Sequence record: NC_042100.1
DNA length: 64,000 bases
Direction: 5' to 3' (one strand)
Numbering within the stretch: position 1 is the stretch's first letter; each line of letters starts with the position of its first letter. The position numbers and the translations under genes are program-made. Shown in pieces: positions 46,001-56,800 of this stretch. The notes below the pieces were generated by a model. That model was given only the letters and a program-made list of their open reading frames with translations, ran no database searches and was not told the DNA's origin.

Positions 46001-47826
46001 TTACATTTGACGACGGCTTGCCAGTAACGGGTAAAGTTGGTGAATCCGTAACTCTGAGTGGTAAAACATTCGACCAACATGACGAAGCTTACTTACCGGG
46101 TATTCCATTTGAATTTGAGGTGGAGTTCGCGGGAACCATCGAGAAAGCTCAATCAGACGGCAATGGTAACTGGACTTATGAAGCGGTGGGTATTAAACCG
46201 GGTAGTACGACTTACGGGTTCTCTGCTAACAACCGTGCCGTGGGTTCTTACACCATCAACTTCACTGGTGACGTAACCGTCGCCGCACTCCCATCTGATG
46301 ACACGTTGTTCCGTGTCCCTTACGGTGTTAACCGTACCATCGGTTGGTATGTGCTAGATGAGTCTGGTGCACCAAAAGCAAACGTCACACTGGCTTTACG
46401 TCAAACGGCAACGATCTACTCACCTGATCGCGATCTTGGTAACATCACTACTAACGAACACGGCATTGCTACGTTTGAAGCTCCATACTTAGAAGAGGAG
46501 AAACACGGCACTTACGTTGCTTCTCTAGGTGTGAAAGAAGATACCATCGTTGTGACATGGAGTGATGAGTCAGGCATTAGTGTTACCTTAGATAGTTTTG
46601 TTGTCCCTTCAGTTGTCTATGGTGGAGCATTGAGAGGCAAGGGTCGCATCCTTGATGAGGAAAACAACCCTCTGATAACAGAAGAACCACCCCACTTAGA
46701 CCTCCGACTAGGTGCTTATGATCGAAAAACTTTCGAACCACAACCTATCTGGGTTGATGATCTGGACCCAGAGACTGGGATGTTTGATTTCAGCATTTAT
46801 AGTGAAGACATCGGTATTAAAGATTTGGTGTTCTATAATGAAGTTGATTCAGAACTCCACGTGGTTGAATGGCGTGAACCGGACATTTCCGGAGCATACA
46901 TCGAATGGGAAACAGATATGTTACCTACGGTGTTAGTCACAGGTGACATGTATCCAGTTACGGGTAAGCTTTACCAGTCTAACGGGGAACTTTACACTCC
47001 ACGTGTTCCTGAGGTTCTCTCGGTCAGAACAGACGAGGGTTCAGCGCCTGACGCTGACATCGCTCCTAACGGAATGGTGCGGATGATACTTGGAAGTGAA
47101 ACTCGAGGAGTTCAGAATTACTCGTTGTTCCGAGATCAGGAAGAGATCATCGATGATACCATTGAAATCGAATGGGTGGAAAACGCCTCGGTTGCAGCAG
47201 CACCTTACTCTTACAGTGAAGTGCCTCAAGGTGAGTCTGGTGAAGTTTGGTTTGTTTACAAACAAGACGGAGACCAACCTATCCAGCACCGAGATGTTCT
47301 AATAGGTGTCGGTCAACCGGGTCCAGATAACTTCCCTAGAAAACTAACAACAGACGAATTTGGTATGGTTCACCTGACACTACCGTATAATTCGGAAGTG
47401 AGTCAGGATACTGTTGTCGGGATACTAGGTGAATCTGTTCCTATCGCGATGCACAATGTGGCGTGGGTAGAGGACAGTGTTAAGGTAGGTACCTCTTTCC
47501 GTGATCTATCAATCCCTACTAAAGTGGAGATTGGTGCGGAAGTGGAAGCCGTAGGCGAAGTGTTGGATAAATCTGGTGCACTTACTGACCATAGTGATGT
47601 AGGTATCTACGATAAGACCACTCATACTTTCCACGAAAATGCCGTGAACTCGGATGGCAGCTTTAGTGTTAAACTAGGTCCTTTGGACGAAGGTGACCAT
47701 CATTTAGTAGTTTACACGGGTGCTGAAATTTCAGAGCACGTTGTGCGCTGGGATTCAAGCTTTGTTAATTTTGACTCTGTTGGAATTGACGAAAGCTCAA
47801 ACCGTGTGGCGTTAATCACTAAATAG
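43060..47826 (+). CDS. Baseplate protein (phiKZ gp26-like N-terminal part) fused to about 1000 aa of Ig-like repeats, 1588 aa
   Basis: GAGG RBS supports the start at 43060 (MFEKDL); after about 44790, repeated GxxxDQxG / TDExG / DGxF motifs. Confidence 0.75.
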   Translation: MFEKDLKSPSQSSVIPGAGPQLPNENDRGRLHYIWDIYDPDTVRPGEAHRYVVPREKEMVFDPEAQQMYMVTHVNWESDLKSTLQPIFNTGDGGNDVDGIFGLPSGFQGEAIVAIDYSVRPNRAVIDGQVMAPGAAYALLYEGNTVGDKGKVISVVYSNNNQLVSDRVPVTLAAYHELSNKEIMITQPFSVNRNPDELPDGSRTTLVWYDAKGNVIPKARTLTVQHTSMLRDHQVGKRYIKHVELLAPWFLNTSDPKTLNVPVNTMLQNLAFRAMVHYSDGSRSDELAIDGQKVQLLGLNEHKPSTPSQRGTLTLVYNLDPDEHIYEAQPGNPNQYRSSYWLLAVPFDGAYSPKLYSYPTWVNGQYILKHFLTDLDRKFMIDATDHVRINEMSPAFRPTTYGVEQTLELNCRLSDVVPTFKPMIMRQSTTFVLKAPGTEDGSKFDVRYSYDRSSYSDPTFKAINQADSRQEITFGGEYDDLEDFLDQVYRAVEPGFNPQREKGPIEPTHFEILATSGKTYEYEISRYAEKMWLDVQEPQGRTIYVRWIHESIQGDRLILATTGVSIDVTEGPDTETPVPTTIEFDTSVPNSIGELQMIEFSGRVYDQKGALVTDGLTKMLVKGGVQHDTTPRKVDIGLDGTFRFFTWSERVSGATETFEFDFEVAGELPDYFLTKDIRITSNPEQQIGEFFPYTPTKVSINKAGRAYGQLLNSEGQPLRDTEFFSYMDDDLDSIRRETTDETGKFLLTRIRKEGQDRTTFKLVVMGNRHEHLIRWVETEPYGDRITLDVEDMSFVGNEPLSVKGLVYDQYGDLVDGVKVNIGYGPLWQPYADANTANAGKYELTGSPKEPGDVYQVVVWTDNSFAFGNVEWTEAPKIAHDVVMSPDNVPEAPAGTSVRIAGQLVDEEGNNFTSDSRTPVYMKELKDADETIIYAGFDGRFEAEVGPYGDWEETTFTFRLENGNQGSHSIRWMGEPPRLAKITFDDGLPVTGKVGESVTLSGKTFDQHDEAYLPGIPFEFEVEFAGTIEKAQSDGNGNWTYEAVGIKPGSTTYGFSANNRAVGSYTINFTGDVTVAALPSDDTLFRVPYGVNRTIGWYVLDESGAPKANVTLALRQTATIYSPDRDLGNITTNEHGIATFEAPYLEEEKHGTYVASLGVKEDTIVVTWSDESGISVTLDSFVVPSVVYGGALRGKGRILDEENNPLITEEPPHLDLRLGAYDRKTFEPQPIWVDDLDPETGMFDFSIYSEDIGIKDLVFYNEVDSELHVVEWREPDISGAYIEWETDMLPTVLVTGDMYPVTGKLYQSNGELYTPRVPEVLSVRTDEGSAPDADIAPNGMVRMILGSETRGVQNYSLFRDQEEIIDDTIEIEWVENASVAAAPYSYSEVPQGESGEVWFVYKQDGDQPIQHRDVLIGVGQPGPDNFPRKLTTDEFGMVHLTLPYNSEVSQDTVVGILGESVPIAMHNVAWVEDSVKVGTSFRDLSIPTKVEIGAEVEAVGEVLDKSGALTDHSDVGIYDKTTHTFHENAVNSDGSFSVKLGPLDEGDHHLVVYTGAEISEHVVRWDSSFVNFDSVGIDESSNRVALITK

Positions 47827-47836
47827 GAAATAATAA

Positions 47837-50800
47837 ATGGCAGGTATTATCAGAGGGAACTTACTCGATGCCGAAGGCAACGAAGTAAACCCGGGTAAAC
47901 CCGTCACATTAAAGGCCGTCCGATCGGACGGCCTACCTGATGTGACTATCACGACCAATGATTCTGGTCATTGGTCCTTAGAAGTGAACGCTGAAGTCGA
48001 CTCTCAGGTCGACTTCACTTTTATTTACAATGGAGTAGATGTAGGTGCGCACGCGGTGCGTTTCATTGAAACAGCTGAAGTAGTAACCTTGCCGTATTCT
48101 AATTTCCGCGTTAAAGTGGGTAACACTGGTGTTATTGCATTTGCGGTAAAAGACGACCAAGGTAACGGAGTTCCGTACGCGGATGTCACCATCCACCGTG
48201 ACGACGAAAACTCTGAACCAGTAGCGACAGTTAAAACTGATGGATTTGGTATAGCAACATACACAACTCCTCGTGAAAACTCTCCAGTTAATGTTAACTA
48301 TTTTGCAAAGGCAGGTGGTAATGTTAACAGCAACTACATGCAGTGGGAAGATGGTGAAGAAGAAGGTCGCTTCGGAATCGGTGACTTTAAATACATTGAG
48401 AAAATCAATGCCATCGGACGCGGTAGTGTTTCTGGGACCATCCTAGATGCAGCAGGTGAACCACTGTGGGTTTCCGATATTGATATCTTCAACAAAGACA
48501 CTTTAGAAAGCGTTACTACGCAAGGAGAGTCAATTAACGTAGATGGGTTCTTACATACGTTCGACCCACTACCGGAAGGCAAACACCACTTAGTCGCATA
48601 CACCGAGGGTCAGTTCATTGAGTTTACGGTGGAATCCGGGACCTTCCCTAATCCGGATATCCATAACGTAACTCTCCCAATGGGAAATGCTAAGTTTTAC
48701 CCGGGCGGAAGTTGGTCTAACATCTACGGTCAAGCTTTAGAATCAGACGGTAGTAAATACACTCCGACAGAATTTAGCACCATTGGAATTGAAGACAAAG
48801 ATGGACAAGTAAGAACGGTTTCGATGTATCCTGATGGTTCTTTCATTTTCTCTATTAAGGGGGAAGTGGGCGAGACCGTAACGGAAATAATCAAAAACAC
48901 CGCTGGTGAGGAAGTTGTCACACACCAAGGTGAGTTCATTGCTGCCTCTGAATTAAAGAGTCTCCCTTATTCTGTTACGACGTTGTACACCAACGGCACC
49001 GGTGACGTGGCCTTTGCGTTGCTTGACGCCGAAGGTAAGGGCATCCCTTACGCCCTGATCGTGACTTGGGATCCGAATGGTTACGGACAAGCGGTGACTG
49101 ATGAATTCGGTATTGTAGAAACTTCGGTCTCTAAAGACGGAACCGCGTCCACGGTGAGAACCGGTGTTGAATTCGGAAACAAGTCCGCAGCCCACGAAGT
49201 GTCTTTCAGTGGGTCTTCAGTGGCGAGTGAATTCCGTAACATGACCTTCCCTAGTGTAGGTGATACCGTAAACGCCATGACCATCAGCGGTCGTATTTAC
49301 GATCAAGGTGGTAATGGATTTAAACCGACTCGTTTAGGGGTATTCGACAAGCACACGTTGGGACACACTCCAGTGGACATGTCGTCGGTTAACGGTGACG
49401 GTACTTTCTCTTTTGACTTTGGTCCATTAGAAAAAGGCAAACATAACCTTGTTCTTGGTACCACGGGAGTTACCTTAGAGAAAACGACAGAATGGGCGAT
49501 CGGTTTCCCTCCGGGTTTACGTACTGAACGTTTAAACTATTCTTCTTACCCGAACATTTACATTGGTGATGAAGGGTTGGTTGCATACCGCGCGAGTTTG
49601 ATTGAAGACGCTAAGTTGATCCCTGTGGTCGGTATTCCAGCAAGTTTGTCTGTTCGTGTAAACGGAGAATGGAAAGAACTGGAAACGAAGTTGACCGACG
49701 ATAACGGGATTGTGGAATATTCGTTACCACCGGAAATCGATGGCGTTCAACTAAGCGGTTATCATGAAGTTCGTTGTGTGATGGGACCGAATACGGAATC
49801 GGGCGGTATTACGTGGGTGAACGATCGTGATGTAATCAGTGAGTTTGGTTACTTCGATTACATTAATCCTGTTAACACTGGCGGGCGTTTATCAATTGAG
49901 TTAGAAGCGTTAAACCAAGATGGAACGAAAGTTGACCTCACCGATTGTGGTGTGGTGGTTCTGAATAGTTTCTTCTACGAATCTTACCTTGCTGAAATCA
50001 CTGAGAACGCTAAGGGGACTTACTCGGTTTCTTTCCCTACCATGCCAGACGGAGACCACGATGTGGTGTTCTACAGCGGGAATGCGCAACGCAAGTTGTC
50101 ATTAACTTGGGGCGGTGCTACAGCTAACGAACCTGCGGGTATTCAACTGGACCCGACCTCACCAACATCAGCCGTTGTTGACACCATAGTAACCGTATCT
50201 GGTTCAATCATTGACAGTGAAGGCAACGTTGTTCGTCCTGTGGAAGAAATGGAACTTTCTATCCGTGACGAAAATGCGACGACAGTTAAAGTTAAAGTGG
50301 GTCCATCAGGATCGTTCTCTTTTGAAGCAACGTCCGATACCATTAAGACTAAGACTTACTCCATCTTAGACGACGGCAATAACCTTTACGTTCACCAAGT
50401 GGAGTTTGTCTCCGCACCAGTGATTGAATTCGCCAATTACACTGGTGACAAGGTTGCGAAGACCCATAACGCCACCTTAGCAGTTGTGGTAAAAGATGCT
50501 GACTCTAATGGCATTGAGGGGATGTTGGTTAACTTCACTAACACTTATGATGCGAGTGTGGATTACGGTAAGGTGGTGACAGACGAGTTTGGTGTAGCTG
50601 AACTTGTTTTGAACTACAACCCAGACACCATCACTGCACCAAGTGTTCCGCAAGATGAAGTAACAGCGTTCATTAATGGCACGGACTTAAAAGACAGTCG
50701 CACCATTCGTTGGGCAACAGACACTGAGAACTCAGCAATTGAAATCGCTGACCTAGTGATCAGTCCTCAAACTTACGTTGGCGAACCTATTCAAGTAACC

Positions 50801-53800
50801 GGTAAGTTAGTTGGCAATTTGAACCAAACTAATACCTCTATCATGTGGTTGGTGGTGTTTAACAAATCCACCCTAGGTGGAAAGATGTTCAACGGCAACA
50901 TTCAACCGGACGGTACATTTGACATCAACATCGGTCCTTATGATCTTGGTGCAAACGAATTAGTGTTTGCGACGAACAGTACTGTAATCCCTAGTACGGT
51001 GTTTGTAACCGAAGCACCTATCGTCCTTAAGGGGATGCGAACGCTCCCTTATTCGACCAGTAAGGTTAAACAATCAGGAAGCGCTACGCTTGCGTTTGCC
51101 GGCATTAACTCCGTAGACAAGCCAATGGTGGGTCAATCAATAGAACTACGCTTAGGAAGCGATACAGGGCTATTGCTGGACACTAAAACTACGGATGAGT
51201 TCGGTATCGTTGAGTTTACCGTGAACGATAATCCGGATACCCCTAATTCTGGTGACCTGACTTACTTTGCCGTGAGTGAAGGCATTACAACGAACGCCAT
51301 TGTTGAATGGGGTGTGACAGACCCGGTAGTTGAAGAGCTGCATGGTTTTGAAGCCACTCGTCATGTGGCGGATGGTGAAGAAGGTGTGATCAAACTCAGT
51401 CCTCTTTCACACATGAGTTACACATCTGGTTCAGTCGCAACGGATCCGGGTGGTAACATCACGCCATGGGAAACGAAATCACATGTTGCTGGTGCGGTGA
51501 TTCGCGTGTTTGATAAGCGAACGCTTCAAGAGATTGCTTTAACGGAAATAGACAGTGACCTTGATGTTTATGGTGAACGTTTCAACTTATACCGCATTCC
51601 TACACAAACCCTAGGCGACCATGAATTGGTGGTCTTTGGTGAAAACGCGGTGATGGAAACCACAATGACTTGGGATGCGGATACCGTGCTGGTTAAACCA
51701 ACACGATTCAACATACTCAATAACAGTGGTAATGCGTTTATCCGGTTCAACCTTGATCAGTGGATTGATGGTACAGCCATCGATGGATCAGGTGATACGG
51801 CAGTGCTTACTGGCTATGTGGAAGCACAAATTTCTGACACACAAAACCACCCAGTTTACATCACACCGAAAGGTCGATTTGTTGCTAAATTGGGAGAAGG
51901 TAAGCCAGCCGGTAAACATCCTTACGACTTTAAAGTTGATGGCGTGGTTGTAGACACTCAGGAGATCAACTACTACGATCAACTTAATGTCACACTACTA
52001 CCTTACAGCACACCTAAGCCAGCTAAAGGAAGAAGTGCGACCGTAGGGGTGATTGTTAAAGACGGTGACGGGAACGTAGTTCCTGATGCGTGCCTAACAT
52101 TTACTCCGGGAGCAAGAAACTCTTTCGAGTATAAAGTCAACGTTAAGAGCGACTTTAACGGCATGGCAGAAGTGACTTGGAATCATGACGAAAGTTTCCC
52201 TGAGTTTACGATGTTGAGTGGCTACAACGGTGGGGTGACAGGAGAGTCGCTGTTAATCCGTTGGGTGGAATCACCTGAGCTAACCGGTGATCGTTTTGAA
52301 ACCTTAGTGGTCCCTGAGAAAGTAGTAGGGGATGACAAAGCGGTAATTACTGGTAAGATCTTAGATCAGGACGGCAATCCTTACTCTAACGGTGAACTAG
52401 CGGTCTACAACAAGACGGAGATGACCAACACTGTACTTACGGGTAACATCCAACCGGACGGTACGTTTAGTGTGGAATTAGGTCCTTATCCATTCAAGAC
52501 CTATGAGTTGATCTTTGCTACACTAGGTAACATCGATCGTCAAACGACACGGTGGGGTGGTAGTGGTATCTTAGCAAGTATCGAAATTGATCCTGATAGT
52601 GGCACTCGCGGGCTATTAGGTGACACCGTTGAGATCTTTGGTAGTTCCACGGACACTATCGGCACACCATTCACACCAGATGAAGGGGTTTACACTCTGG
52701 ATGTTGTGAATGATAAAAACGGTGATGTTCTCCCAACGGTTATCGACGCGCAAGGTAACTGGTCCTTCAATGCGACTCATGAAGTAAGTGAAACGGTCAC
52801 ATACACCTTTAAAGATGGTGAGACAGTCTTAGCGACTCATGCGGTTGAGTTCTTTGAAGGTGCGGGTACTTTACGTAACTTCGATGTCCCTAGCACGGTT
52901 AAGGTGGGTCTGAACGAAGACTTCACATTAACGGGTGAAGTGTACAACACCATGAACAAACTTTACCGACCAATCGTTGACGAATTGTTCACACTGGTGC
53001 TGGATGAGACTACTGAGTTCCAAGGCACGATTCATACTGACGGTACATTCAGCGTGAAGCCGACGAATGATAAAGTGGAAACTCAAAGCTTTACCTTTAA
53101 GGTCGGAGAAGACACTTACGACACAGTAGACGTCAAGTGGTGTCAGACGGTAAGTTTAGCGTTTAACGCAGACTCTCAACCTAAGGCTGTTGTCGGTGAT
53201 GATGCTTATGTATCAATCCGAGTGGTGGATGAGAACGGAGAAAGCGTTACCGGGCGTGTAGTGGAGTTCTATGAAGGTGAAGTCACTGGTGAACCTCTAG
53301 ATACTGAGGATGTCTACAGTGAGACCTACATTGGTTACTGGCCTAAAGAAGCCACTGAAGTGGGTGACGTAGTAATCACTGCTAAGTTGGGTGGTATTCA
53401 AGATACCTTGACATTGTCTTGGGTAGGTAGTGATCCTAAGATCGCGGCTGGATTTGGTCGTAAGACCTCAAGAACGGGTTACGTGGTTGACACTAAACCG
53501 GCTTCCGGTACAACAGCAACACTACGAGGCACAGTTGTAGACCAAGACGGCACGCCGTTAGTAGGTCCACAATTCCTTAAAGTGTTCGATCAGGGGTCGT
53601 TTGACTTAACGGATTACTCTGCACAAGTTCAAGCTGATGGTACGTTCGATATCGAGCTCCCAGTGCAACCAGATGGTACTTACAACTACAGTCTTGTTAC
53701 TGAAGGTAACGTGGGTTCCATCAGAGGGATTTCTTGGGATGTTGAAAACGAAGACCTGAAAACGGTTAAGTTGGATGCGAGCGTTCCTACTCAGGTTAAT

Positions 53801-56800
53801 GTTGCTAGCACGCACACGCTTCAAGGTACTATCTTGGATAGCGCTGGTGACACCGTTGCTCCGTCTAAGAGCACTACGGTTTACGTAAACAGCAGTGAGG
53901 GTAACACCTACGAGTTTACAGTCACTCCGGGTGGAACGTGGTCGTTTGCCTACACCTTTAGTAATGCAGGGGATGTGTTGTTTGACTTCCATACTTACCA
54001 AGGTAAGTACTTGGGGTCGGTTACAATCACGGTTGAAGAAGCGGCACCGGTATTCACTTCTATTGAGTGGGTTGGTGAACAACCTACAGAAGGAATGGTT
54101 GGTGAGTCTGTGAAACTAACGGCGGTTACTTTAGACCAATACGGAAATCCGATCGATAGCGTTTCAGTACGTCCATTCATTAATGGTGTACCACAAAACG
54201 CCTTCCGTTCTCCTCCGGGTGGTTCTTGGAGTCTGGATTACACTTCAACCGAAGCAGGTCCAGTGCTTTATGAATTTGGCTGGGAACCGGACGTTGCTCG
54301 TATTGGACACACTGTTGAGTGGAAGCTTCCAGTGGATTCAATCGAAGTCATGCGCTATTCTGACTCTAATGCTGTACCGGGACAAACCGCGTTTGTACCA
54401 TTTGCTGCTCTAGATAGTTCAGGTAAAGGCATTGCAGGTGTTCCTATTGCCCTGCACTTGGATTCGGCTTCGGGTACGTTGTTAACCACTGTAACCACCA
54501 ACGAGTTTGGCATTGCTGAGTTTAACGTTCCTCAGAAAGGAAGTAACGCTAACCGCTTGATCTACGCTAAATACGGTGACATTGTGAAAGAACGTCGCCA
54601 ATGGTGGGCTAACGATCCACTAACACCGGCAACAGGATTTGCTAACTTAACGGTCACCAATCCAGTGCCTGAAGGTGAACGTGCACTAGTTAGTGTTCAA
54701 GCAGTAGCAAGTGATGGCGGTCTTCGCCCACTGTCTACGGTAGGTATCTTTGATCCAGAAACATTAGATCAAGTCTCATTTAACCGCGTAACTACCGGTG
54801 AGTCTAAATCCCACTTGTTGGACTTCGGACACAGTGGAACAGGAACTAAGACTTACATCTTAACTACTGACGCTGGTCACCAAGAGTTCACGGTAACTTG
54901 GGAAAGTAAACCTGTAGTAACACCAAACGACTTAGTATTCGATGCGGATTCTCCGGAATCATTAGTGGTAGGTGAATGGAATACGTTGAGCGGTAAGTTA
55001 GCAGTAGACGGTGTTCCAGTAACTGAATTGGATCACTACGTTAAAGCGACGATGACCGTGGGTGGACAGGAAAGCTACCTAGACTTGGATGTTAGCAAAG
55101 GGACGTTCCGCGTGCTGGTTAAACCAACAGCGGCTGGAACAGAAAACTACGACTTCAAACTTAATGATGTGAGTGTTGTGGTAAAGTCCTTCCGTCACAG
55201 TAACAACGTGACGTTAAACGACGTGAGTGTGTTATCGGTCACTACCCCTCAAATAGGTGACCCTGTGGTACTAAGTACTGTAGTGAAAGATAGCGAAGGG
55301 AACCCTATCCCTAAACTCCCGGTGACGTTTAAACTAGCCGGCGGGAACACACTCGCTACATTAAACACGGATGTCAAAGGAATGGTAACACATTCAGTGC
55401 CTTACCAATCCGGGACAATGTCTTCTGACTTTGAAATTAAAGTGGGAAGTGTCGTAGAAACAGTAACAGCAACTTGGAAACCAACTAATGAACTTATCGA
55501 CGTGGCGTTTGAAGGACTAAGTACCCCAGCGACGGTTTACGATGGTGAATTAGCGAAAGTAACAGGTAAGTTAATCAACCAACAAAACAATGGGACGTCA
55601 ACAACGAAGTTCGAGATCTACCATCGTGGGTTATTAACTCATACCAGTCATGCCGCCGATGTACAACCAGATGGTACGTTCGACTTTAATATTGGTCCGT
55701 TTGCAGTAGGGGTGAATGAATTCTACTTCATCATCAACGGCAAACGCATTGAACGTAGTATCGAGTACATTGAACGCACTGACCCAGAACTGAGTCGTGT
55801 TGAGTTAGATGAGGGTAATCCTACTTCAGGGTTCTCTGGTGAAAACTTAACCATCAGTGGTAAGGGTTATGATCAATACGGTGATCCAATTGCGAACGCT
55901 CAGGTTCAATGGGCAATTTCTGGTGACACACAACCTGCACTAACCACAGGTCCAGATGGTTCATTCAGCACAACGGTTACGCACAACACCAACGCTAGCA
56001 TCACCTACCGATTCGGTGGTAATGACGGCATACCGGTGGCTAACTTGAGTATTGCGTGGACCGTGGCAACGTCAAACACGATGGCGTTTGTTGGTACATC
56101 ACAATGTAAGCAAACTCAAAACAACGAAGCTAACATTGAGTTGTACGTGAAAGACCAAGACGGTGTTGGGGTTCAGGATGCTCAGATCGTAATTAGAGAT
56201 CAGGGCTCAGAAACCCCTATAGCGACACTGACAACTAACGTGCGTGGTTTGGCGTCTTACGCCATCCCTTACGAAGCAGGTAATGATAACCGTACTATCG
56301 AAGCAACTCTGGAACAACTGACAGAGACGTTAGACATTACGTGGTATCCTGCGGTGACTAAGTATGCGACCGGCTTTACTCGTCTGTATATGGATAACCG
56401 CCCTGCTTCAGGAAAATCAACGACGGTACGTGGTCAGCTAGTTGATCAAGAAGGTAATCCAATCACAACGGCTTCAACGTTGGGTATCTTTAACACGATC
56501 ACCTTGGAGAACCATGATTATATCGATCAACTACAACCGGACGGTACGTTTGAGTTTGAGTATGGTCCTGAGGTTGATAGCAACTACCCTATCTCGCTCT
56601 TCACCGATGCCGGTCATTTCGATGAGACGATCATCTGGGATTTGAATAACGCTGACATGAAACGTGTGGTGTTTGACAACAACATTCCTAGAATGACGAA
56701 GAGTAATGGTAGAGTTAGTCTACACGGTACGTTTGTGGACAGTGACGGGAATCCATTCACTCCGTTATCTAACACCGCGTGTACGGCAACTGGAGATAAT

